Part shown: one piece after another, positions 11,548 to 23,500 of the stretch
How the letters are laid out: every line of letters starts with the position of its first letter
How positions within the stretch are numbered: the first letter of the stretch is position 1
Assembly: GCA_951406725.2 (NCBI GenBank)
Contig: OX597830.1
Location: 17,236,001 to 17,300,000 of the forward strand
DNA from: Octopus vulgaris
Lineage: Eukaryota
DNA length: 64,000 nt
Reading direction: 5' to 3'
Program-made: the position numbers and the translations under genes
The notes under the pieces: model-generated
Told to the model about the DNA's origin: nothing
The model's database searches: none
Seen by the model: only the letters and a program-made list of their open reading frames with translations

Positions 11548-14500
11548 GTAAGTTCTTTTAAAAAGAGAATTATTCATTTTGTGAAATTATTATTTTTTAA
11601 AACCATATCTTTATATATAAAAGTGAAGTTGTGTGTCTGTCTACTCCGATTTAGATTCCTAACTACTCCCACATTTTGTGATGCAGTTTAACCAATAGTC
11701 GTGATTCATATCGAGCCCTTCTGGGTATTAGCATGCGTCTACGATGAGTCTACGATTTAAAAAAAAATTTACCATCATTTTTTTCCATTTTAATGCATTT
11801 TTTCGTTATTATATAAGGGAAGTAACTCTCTAAAAATGTCTACGATGAGTCAACGATTTAAAAAAAAATTTACCATAATTTTTTTCCCATTTTTAATTCA
11901 TTTTTTTGCTATTTTTTGGCTATAACTCTCTAAAAATGCTTTATAGTTATTTCCCTTACAAACCCGAGCAACACTGGGTGATACTGCTAGTTTTTTTATG
12001 AAATTTTCAGCTTTTACCCATAATGTTGGTTAAATCATCTATGAGGCCTACTTCCAGTTTCGACTTCACTGAAGAGGATCACCTTTGGGAGCTGGTCACC
12101 CAGCATCCAAATCACATGGCCAACCCAGCAGAATTTAATGTTGGTTAAATCATTAATGTTAGCCTCCTTGCTGAAGGGCTGCTATAGATATTTAATTCTG
12201 TATGATTCAGTTCACAGTCTACTCAGCTGTAGACGGGTACCATTCAGATGTACAGCTCACCATTGTAAATGATTGTAGGCCATAGTATTATTGTGGAGGC
12301 ACATAGCTCAGTGGTTAGGAATCCTAAGATTGTGGTTTTGATTTCTGGATCGGGCAGCACATTGTGTTCTTGAGCAAAACACTTTATTTCACATTGCTTC
12401 AGTCCATTCAACTAGCAAAAATAGGTAATCTTGCAATGGACTGTTGCCCCGTCCAGTAAGGAAATGTATGTTCCATGAAAACCAGGAAACCAGCCCTATG
12501 AGTCTGTATGACTCAGGAAAGTCCTTTATCCTTATCCTTCATAGCATTATTGATGTTTGTTCCATTAGCATACAGTACTGGGCTCAGGTTTTCTCAAAGG
12601 CAAAGCCTGCAGTTGATACATATTTTTATCTAGCATGGAGAAAGATGTTCTGTGTGAAAGCCATGACAATCTACAGCAGATTTTACTATACATAATTGCT
12701 CTGAAGAGGCAGATAATTTAGATAAGTGGCTGGTGGAAAAGCTTGCTCACATTGGGTTCAATGAACAGAGAATACCCCTGACTCCATTTAATCTACCTTA
12801 ATACTTCAGGCTCTACCACATCCCCAATAATATTCCAGATTCACTCACAGTCCTGCAGTCCCTATCCCATTGGTACCAAAGAGTCCATTACTGTATCATC
12901 AATATTTTGTTCCTCAGGTCCCACCAAAACTCATCAATACACCAGACCATACTATATCTTAATCAATACTCCAAACCACCCACACAACTCCATCAGCACA
13001 CTAAATCTCCTTATAGCTGTATCAATAGTTCACCAGCACTTCAGAATACATCACAGCCCCATCAGTACCCCAGATGTTAATATAATCCCATAAATACATC
13101 AGACCCCATTTAATCCCATCAATACTAATGTGTAAAAAAAACACCCAGAAAAAACAATAAAAGCAATTCAGTTGTTTTTTTCAACTGTTCAATGAATATT
13201 AATCCTCTCCTCCTTCTCTCTAGCTAGTAAGTAGCTGATTAAATATTTTCATTTTTAATTATGAGTCGTTGAGGGGAATTTTAATCTAAATTTTAGGCAT
13301 ATTTTGTTACTAATTTTTTTTTGAATTTACACTGGTTTAAAAAAAATGTTTTTTTTTACAAGCTAGCAAAATAGGAGAGTTTCTGAAAATTTGAACATTT
13401 ATGCTCAAGATTTGTTTTGAGACCAGAAGCTAAATGGATAATGCATTGAGCTATCAGCTTTAAGTTTTTGTTTAACCCTTTGGTGTTTAAGCCGGCCATA
13501 TCCTGCCCAAATATCCTATATGTTTTACACTCAAACCGGCCATATCTGGCCCCACACACCTAACCTACATTGGCATTCTAAGAATAAACTATCACACCAT
13601 TGAAACTTCAAAGCCGTAAGATAATGTATGATTAATTCAAAACAATTTGAGGGGAAAAAGTATTGCATTTAACAGAGTAACTTGAACACTAAAGGGTTAA
13701 AGATGTCCCTTAATCTTTCTGTTCTGCATGCCTTTACACATGCCTACCAATCACTACCTCCCTCTATCACACTTCCGAGGCAGACGTTGTTGATAATGGA
13801 GGCAACCCTTTCTCGCTACTCGCTGTTAGTCATCTGCTTTAAATCAAGCTGGAAAGAAAAAAACAAAAAAAGAAGCTGAATGAAAGTGTTATCTTAGGTG
13901 TTTATGCTGATGTTTAGCCTCAGTCTTCATCGAGTCTACTGCTCTGATCATCTCATTTTCCTGTATTGCAGGACTACTTTGCACTGAGAGCATTTGGATC
14001 TTTTCGGTTTGAACGGCAGTGTTTTTCTAGCGGTGTCATATGAAATTGTCACCCATAATTATGACCCTAGTATCGATCTATTGCATTTCAATCTGTTTTA
14101 GAGTTAGGGTTGGTTAGGGGTGGAGGGGGGAAGGGTATCTTTTTTTCTTCACAAATGTAAATAAACCCAATCTGTTTCTTAAACGAGGGAAATATTCATA
14201 CGGCACAGTATGTTTTTTTTACCTCAATAGACGTCATTGATTGGTTGAAATTGCAGAAATTGAAGAAAAAAACCAACAAATATCTTACAAACTATAGAAT
14301 TTTCTCAATAAAGCCAAGAGAAAAGATGTTTTATAAACACATTCTACCAGTATACGAAGTTTAAAAGTGTTTAGTTACGTGGAAATTATTTAAAAAAACT
14401 GTTGGTCAAACCGAAAAGATCCGAGCATTTTATTTGGGTGCTTGCACTAAAGTGTTTTGTCTTCTCCCTAGTAACACTGAAGAGTTCTCTCTACCGTAAA

Positions 14501-17500
14501 TTGTCAAAAAAACATTCGAGTGAGGTTGTTGCCAGTGCTGCTGGACTGGCTCCTGTGCAGGTGGCATGTAAAAAAACACCATTTGAGCGTGGCCATTGCC
14601 AGTACCACCTGACTGGCCCTCGTGCCGGTGGCACGTAAAAGCACCCACTATACTCTCGGAGTAGTTGGCGTTAAGAAGGGCTTCCAGCTGTAGAAACCTT
14701 GTACAGCCATCTGATTCGCCAGTCCTCAGTCAAATCGTCCAACCCATGCTAGCATGGAAAGCGGACGTTAAACAATGATGATGATGATGATGATGTGTCA
14801 TTTTATTTACCAGCACCAGCACCAGAGAGGTTGTCTTGCTCTGGCAAGTGTTAAACGTTTACCTCTGTTAGCTAAGTAATCTTGGTTTCTCTCCTGTCAG
14901 ACCCTTGAACAGTTGAAACTGAGATGATTAAGTTGATAATACAGGGAGCTAGGTGTACAGGGGTTTATGTTTCAATAAGTGACTCTCTATTACTTAGGTT
15001 TGGTATCTTGGGAAGGAAAGCTAAGTGGACCCTGTCAGTTCTGTTTTAATCCCAAACTGCCAAAAAAGTTTTTTTGGAGCCTAATTTTACAATATCTAAA
15101 TTATCATCATTATTATCATTTAGCATCTGTTTTCCATGGTGGCATGGGTTAGATGGTTTGACCGGAACTGGTAAGTTGGAGAGCTGTGTCGAGCTCCATT
15201 CTGTTTTGGCTTGATGCCCTTCCTAATGCCAACCACTTCACAGAGCGCCTCTAACGTGTCACCAGCACAGGTGCCTTTTATATGTCACTGGCATAAACGT
15301 TCCATCATCATCATAGTCCGTTGTCCATGCTGGCATGAGTTGGATGCTCTGACTAGAGCTTGGAAGCTGGGGAGCTGCACTGGACTCCAGTCATGATTTC
15401 TACAGCTGGATGCCCTTCCTAACACCAACCACTTTGCAATGTTCTGGGTGCTTTTATATGGCACTGCATGGGCTCTTTTATGTGGAGCCGCATGGGCACT
15501 CTACATGGCTCTGCCACGAGTGCTTTACACCATCAGAGGGTCACTGTGGAGTACAGGTTTTCTTGAGTACGCAGGGTGCCAGGCATCTCTGTCCTTTGTC
15601 ATCTCGCCTGAAAGGTTCAGCATCCTGAGGTTGTTGTTCAGCACTTCATGCCGTGTCTTCCTGGGTCTTCCACTTCCACACATTCCTCCTACTTTGAGAG
15701 ATGCATTTATTTCTTCATGAAGTAAATAGCTAGTATCTAGACTTTGCAGAATCTGTCTATTTAAGTTAAAAGAAGGAAACAAATGCTTAAATAGGAATGA
15801 ATTTATGAAGAATACTAAACAAATGTTTTGTTTGTTTGTTTGTTTGTTGTTGTTATATGGTAAATGTGTAGAAATATGGTGTGTCTGTTGCAGGGAACCA
15901 AGTAGGAGTAAAGTGAATTCTACTGCAGATGTTGGTAACGATGTCATCAGCATCAACTCTGATGATGTCTATGAGTCAATGCCCATAGTGGCAGCACTGG
16001 AGAATTTAGGTGAGTGCCAGAGGTGCTGTTTTTCTTTCTTTCAAACAATTACATGTATATATATCACGTGATCATGTGATCGACCAGACTATTGGATGTT
16101 GTTATACATTGCTGGTCACAATGCGCTTTGCATCGTTTTTAGCTTTTTTGAATGGATGCCACCCTGCTGGTTGGGTGAGCAGCCCAATGTTCCCCATGAT
16201 CGGAAGGTTTGTCTGTTGCAGGGTTGCTCATTTATAGTTGGGTGGACTGGAGCAATGTGAAATGAAGTGTTTTGCTCAAGAACAACACACAGCTAGTCTG
16301 GGAATCGAAACCACAATCCCATGCTTGTGAGTGCAACAAGCCTATCTACTAGGCCACTTACACACTTTACTTATTTCTCTACTACCCACAAGGGGCTACA
16401 CACAGAGGGGACAAACAAGGACAAACGGAGTAAGTCGATTATATCGACCCCAGTGTGTAGCTGGTACTTATTTAATCGACCCCGAAAAGATGAAAGGCAA
16501 AGTCAACCTCGGTGGAATTTGAACTCAGAATGTAGCGGCAGATGACATACCGCTAAGCGTTTCATTCGATGTGCTAACGTTTCTGCCAGCTCGCCGCCTT
16601 AAATACACACTTTACTGTACTCTCATATTATATACACACATGCACGTCCTGTATTGTAAACACATGCACACACACACACACACACACACACTCTCTCTCT
16701 CTCTCTCTCTCTCACACACGTGTACACTTGTCACTTGTACATGGTTGCTCGCTCACCCACACTTGTAGCCACATTCTTATACTCAAACGGTTTTACACAA
16801 ATCCTGCCAAGATAAATTTTACCTTTCATCCTTTCAGAGTTGATAAAATAAAGTAAGGACTTAAGACTGGCAGAATTACTGGATAGGATGCTTTGCTGTG
16901 ATTGTTGACTCAGCATCATGGGTTCAAATTCCACTGTGGCTTACCTGAGTGATAAACACATTCTGTCACCTGGTTTAACACCAACACCAACACCAAGCCC
17001 TTGGATACCTTTGGAGGAGTCTCTTTCTTTGCCAGTATTCGAGCCAGGATTTTGGTCAAAGATATCTTCTTCCATCCTACTCACCAGTCTTGGAACCCCT
17101 CAAAAGGGTTACGGTCCTACCTTTTTTCCCCGAATAAGTAATAACCTCACTTGCCCCGCACCCAAATGCACACACTGTCTTAATTGTGCGCGTACTCACT
17201 TGGTCATCACGCATATTTATACATGGATACAGATGCACGTGCACAGTGTGTCAGTCTTTTGCATAAATCTTCTAATTCTGTTGGAATATACCCATTTTTT
17301 TTGTTTTTAGATAATACTTGCTTCCTGAACAGCGTGCTGCAGATTTTGAGATACACACCTTGCTTTGTTGATGGACTCAATGAGTTGTGCTACAAAGTAG
17401 CGAAACACACCAGATCTTTTGCTGATTCATCTGTAAGTATTTTTTTTCTTTATTTTACAGAGAGATTATTGATATTTAATTCTTTTTGCTTTTTTTCATA

Positions 17501-20500
17501 GATCTAGTGTGTTTCGCTACTTTGGTAGACGGAAACTGAAAAAAAAGCCTGTCGTATATATGTATATATGTATATATATATATGTGTGTGTGTGTATATT
17601 TGTGTGTCTGTGTTTGTCCCGCCAACATCGCTTGACAACCGATGCTGGTGTGTTTATGTCCCCGTAACTTAGCGGTCGGCAAAAAGAGACCGATAGAATA
17701 AGTACTAGGCTTACAAAGAATAAGTCCTGGGGTCGACTTGCTCATCTAAAGGCAGTGCTCCAGTATGGCCACAGTCAAATGACTGAAACAAATAAAAAAA
17801 AAAAGAAAAGAAAAACAAAGATCTCTTAGACAGCAAAGAAAGGCAGTGCATGTTACTTCTTTTTTAGTGTTACTGCGACTTGTAGGATGGAGGGTGAAAA
17901 GTATCTTTAAACTAGGGATCTGGACTGAATACTTGCAATAAAACAAACTTATCAAGGGCACCCAACACCCCTGTTGGTGGTGGCAAGCTGGCAGAACCGT
18001 TAGCACGCCGGGCGAAATGCTTTGCGGTATTTCGGCTGCCGTTACGTTGTGAGTTCAAATTCCGCCGAGGTCGACTTTGCCTTTCATCCTTTCGGGGTCG
18101 ATAAATTAAGTACCAGTTATGCACTGGGGTCGATGTAATCGACTTAATCCGTTTGTCTGTCCTTGCTTGTCCCCTCTGTGTTTAGCCCCTTGTGGGTAGT
18201 AAAGAAATAGGTAGTGTTAAATCAGGCAGTGGATTAAGTCTACCTTCCAGGTAGGCCACAATCATCATCATCATCATCAGTGAGATTCTGTTTTCCATGC
18301 TGGTATGGGTTGGATGGTTTGATGGGAGCTGGTAAGCTGGAGGGCTGCACCAGGCCCCAGTCATCTGTTCTGGCATGGTCTCTACGACAGGATGCCCTTT
18401 CTAATACCAACCACTTTACAGTGTGTACTGGGTACACTTTACAGTGTATGGGTACTTTTCATGGCATGGGTACTTTTCATGTGGTGCCAGCACAGGTGGT
18501 TTTGACATGGTACTGGCATGGGTGCTTCTTATATGGTACCACACACACATAAACGATGGGCTTCTTTCAGTTTTCCATTTACCAAATTCACTTACAAGAC
18601 TTAGACATGGTGCTGCATAGTGAGACTGAACCTGCGACCACATAGTTGGGAAGCAAGCTTCTTAACCATACAGCCTTGCCCATGTCTCTTCTGTTTTCAT
18701 ATTCTTGTAATTATGTGTAATTCTTCATTATATTTGTTTTCATGTGTTTGGTTATTTCTTGTAATGCTGTCATGTTATTTTATTCTAGAAATCTGGTTTG
18801 TTTGTGTTTTTCTATTCTATAAAACTGTAATTCCATAATTCTGCTCATTGAGTTTTCATATTGATGTACTTATTTTTTTGTTGTTTTCAAAGGTTGAGAG
18901 TGAATCCTCACGTGTTTGGGAACTGGCTTTATCTATTTCTGAGGTATGTTACCCTTGTTGCTATTTTGGTTAGTATTAAAGAAGTGTGTAATATTTATGT
19001 GTGTGTGTGTGTGTGTGAATTGAGAAATTACTGTTACACAGTTAGCATGTCACGAAAAGGATAATAATTATTATGGTGGAGGCGCAATGGCCTAGTGGTT
19101 AGGGCAGCGGACTCGCGGTCATAGGATCACGGTTTCGATTCCCAGACCGGGCGTTGTGAGTGTTTATTGAGCGAAAACACCTAAAGCACCACGAGGCTCC
19201 GGCAGGGGATGGTGGTGATCCCTGCTGTACTCTTTCACCACAACTTTCTCTCACTCTTACTTCCTGTTTCTGTTGTACCTGTATTTCAAAGGGCCAGCCT
19301 TGTCACACTCTGTGTCACACTGAATATCCCCGAGAACTACGTTAAGGGTACATGTGTCTGTGGAGTGCTCAGCCACTTACACGTTAATATCACGAGCAGG
19401 CTGTTCCGTTGATTCGGATCAAACGGAACCCTCGTCGTCGTAACCGACGGAGTGCTTCCATCCAATAATTATTATCCATCAGAGGTTGATTAAAATAAAG
19501 TATCAGTCATGTACTGGGGTTGATTTAGTCAACTAACTCTTTCCCTCTGAATTTCAGACCTTGTGCATCTATGTCAGAAACAACTATTATATTATAATAA
19601 TTGTTTTATAATATTATAATCATGTTGGCATTATGCTATGCTTGAGAAGAAGACCCATCAAGCCAAGAGAAACTGCTGTTGTGGCAGATACCAGTGTCAG
19701 CAGACGGCAAGCTGGCAGAAACGTTAGCACTCCGGGCGAAATACTTAGCAGTATTTCGTCTGCCATTACGTTCTGAGTTCAAATTCCGCCGAGGTCGACT
19801 TTGCTTTTCATCCCTTCTGGGTTGATAAATTAAGTACCAGTTATGCACTGGGGATTGATGTAATCGACTTAATCCCTTTATCTGTCCTTGTTTGTCCCCT
19901 CTATTTTTAGCCCCTTGTGGGCAATAAAGAAATAAGATACTAGTGTCATGCAAATGGCACCTGTGTTGGTGGCATGTTAAAGCACCCATTACACTCTCGG
20001 AGTGGTTGGCATTAAGAAGGGCATCCAGCCATAGAACCCATACCAAAACAGACTGGAGTCTGGTGCAGCCTTCCAGCTTGCAAGCCCTGGTCAGACCGTC
20101 CAACCCATGCCAGCATGTACAGTGGATGTTAAATGATGTTGATGATGATAATATATGTTATATGTAGAGTTCAGTCAAATGTGTTGTGTGTTGTATAATA
20201 TAGTTATTACGGCGGCAAGCCAAAAAGTACTAAGGAGGCAAGCTGGCAGAAACGTTAGATCGCCGGGCGAAATGCTTAGCGGTATTTCGTCTCTTGTTAC
20301 GTTCTGAGTTCAAATTCCGCTGAGGTCAACTTTGCCTTTCATCCTTTCGGGGTCGATAAATAAAGTACCAGTTTCGCACTGGTGGCGATATAATCGACTC
20401 AATCCCTTCGTCTGTCCTTGTTTGTCCCCTCTCTGTTTAGCCCCTTGTGGGCAGTAAAGAAATATATAATATAGTTATCACTTCTGGCTTCCCTTTCATT

Positions 20501-23500
20501 TAGGTTTTCAAACAGATGAGTGCACTAGAACGAAAGATGCAAGGTTTGTCAAGTGTAACATCTGCAAACATAGCCCTTAAACCTGACAGGGTACAGAATG
20601 TTGTTCGGTAAGTGTTTTGTTCCTTAATCATAGGTCTTTGAATCTGTGTTGTTCAGCAATTGGTTTATTTAAATGTAAAAAATGTAAAAAAAAAAAAACT
20701 TTAAGCCTGTCTGGTTATGGAAAATGGTTTGGCAAGTGAAACTTACAAACCTGATATTGTGTAATTTGTCATTCAGTGAATGTAATTCAACGAACACAGA
20801 ACTTCAGCTTTTTGGAGACCAAATCTGTTAATGCTTCAACACTGAAGAAGATGGAACCATTTTCTCTGAGAATAAAAAATCCCCAAAACAAACAAACAAA
20901 AAAACATTTAATTACATGCCTTTATATTCTAAGTTAAAATCCCACCAAGTTCAACTTCGGCTTTTATGATGACGACAATGTTATCTTCATCATCATCATC
21001 CACTGTGTCTGTTTTGGCATGGTTTTTGTGGCTGGATGCCCTTCCTAATGCCAACCACCTTACAGGGTGGATCAAGTGTTTTTATGTGACACCAGTATCA
21101 GAAAGGTCTGTTTTGGTATGGTTTCACCTAAAAAAAAATTTATGTTTCTGTTTCTATATTATAAATCAAAATCGATCAACATCAATGGAAATTGTAGCTG
21201 TGATACCAGTGCCGGTGGCACATAAAGAGAACCATCCAAACGTGGCCGTTGCCAGCGCCGCCCCGACTGGCCTCTGTGCCGGTGGCACATAAAAAGCACC
21301 ATCTGATCGTGGCCTTTGCCAGCCTCGCCTGGCCTCCGTGCTGGTGGCACGTAAAAAGCACCATCCGATCGTGGCCATTTGCCAGCCTCGCCTGGCACCT
21401 GTGCAGGTGGCACGTAAAAAGCACCCACTACACTCATGGAGTGGTTGGCGTTAGGAAGGGCATCCAGCCGTAGAAACATTGCCAGATCAGACTGGGCCTG
21501 GTGCAGCCTTCTGGCTTCCCAGACCCCAGTTGAACCGTCCAACCCATGCCAACATGGAAAGCGGACGCTAAACGATGATGATGAATATTTGATTTCTATA
21601 ATATAGAAACAGAACCGAAACTATATACATTCTTTAAGAGATCAGATCTTTCGAAAATGGTTAACCTGTATTTACCATTTTCATTCTATATTTATTTTTT
21701 AGAAGCTCATCAGTTTTTCATGGAGTAATATGTCTGCATCTTAGTGTAGGCATTTGTGCTTTCATATTCAGAACTTTCTTGTTAAACTTCTTTAGTCTAG
21801 GGGAGTGGGGCCAGTCTCATTTTTTCCAGCCCCATTCCCCAAGTAACTAGGTAGTTGTGTAGACCCAGGTCTCAACCCGACAGACTGTTCATGTTAATGT
21901 AATTGATAATCATTGCAATATCTGCATGTTGATGTCTGTAGAAAATGTAGGAGTGGCTGTGTGTAAAGTAGCTTGCTTACCAACCACATGGTTCCGGGTT
22001 CATTCCCACTGCGTGGCACCTTGGGCAAGTGTCTTCTACTATAGCCTCAGGCCGACCAAGGCCTTGTGAGTGGATTTGGTAGATGGAAATTGAAAGAAGC
22101 CTGTCATATATATGTATATATAGATGCATGTGTGTGTTTATGTGTTTGTCCCCCCCAACATCGCTTGACAACTGATAGTGGTGTGTTAAGAGACCGATAG
22201 AATAAGTACAAGGTATACAAAGAATAAGTTCTGTGGTCGATTTGCTCGACTAAGGGCGGTGCTCTAGCATGGACACAATCAAATGACTGAAACAAGTAAA
22301 AGAGTAAAGAGAGGGTTGCATTTCTAGGCATAAAAGTTGGAGCAAAGTTGTTGTTGAGCCCCATTTCAATCTTGATTGAGCAGACTTATGATCTTAGGCA
22401 TAGCAGGTGTGATCCGGTGCCATGTACAATACAGTTGTGCTGGTGTCAGGTAAAGGCACCCAGCACACTCTGTAAAGTGGTTGGCATTATTAGGAAGGGC
22501 ATCAACTGTAGAAACGATGCCAAAACAGACAATTGGAGCCTGAACAGCTCTCTGGCTGGCTAGCTCCTGTCAAGCCATCTGACCTATGCTGGTATGGAAA
22601 ATGGACATTAAATGATTACAATAATGAGAGCCATCTGAAACAACATGCTGTAAATCCTCGAGTATAATCCGCATTTTTTCCCCAAAATTTAAAGGTCAAA
22701 ATCCCTAGTGCGTACTATATATGAGGTTAAAAATGAAAATTATTTTCTAAGCAATGCCCGAGTCTCTATTTGCTGTCCGGCAATGTTTATTCAGACGCAT
22801 TTTGTGATGTCGGGTGCGAAAATACCTTAAGCTAAGCCTGAAAGCAATGAAGTCATGAAAGAATCATCCATAACTTGCAGTAAGCAACATTTATTAAACG
22901 TTATTACTGTTATTTCTTTATTTTCTGCAAACAAAATGCACAAAAAAGCTACACGTTTGCATTATGTTATATTTACCATAATAATAAAGGACGTTACTGA
23001 ATACATTTTTACAAACCAAGGACGTTATATAGACCTCCTTGACTCAAGTTGGAGAAGGGGTGCGTATTATATACAAAGTTTAGGCGTTTCAGAGATACAG
23101 CCCCTTAAAAATCCCCTGCGTATTATACTCAAGGGTGGACTATACTCGAGGATTTACGGTATTGTAATATGTCCATTTCATATTTAGAATTTTAGAGCGG
23201 GAATTTTTGTGGGAGATTGCTGTTATTTCTAGCAGTCGGAGCATTTATTTAGGGTAGTGGTTCCCAATCTTTTCACAGCCAAGGACTTTTTTTTACTTAA
23301 CTGAATTTTCTTGCTGATATTGAGGTTTTGAAAGGTCTGCCTACTCAGCAAACTGATTTTATTAACTAACAAATAAATTGTTTTCCTTGTTTCATTTCTC
23401 AACTGAAAGATATATGTAACAGAATAGTTACATGTAGCTGCTGCTTTTTCTTCTTCTTCTTCTTATTATTACTATTGAGCTGGCAGAAACGTTAGCACGC

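Noticed and set aside
19077-19150. tRNA-like sequence
   Set aside because: It is the head of a SINE that continues into a repeat body and is flanked by a TSD; not called as a tRNA gene.
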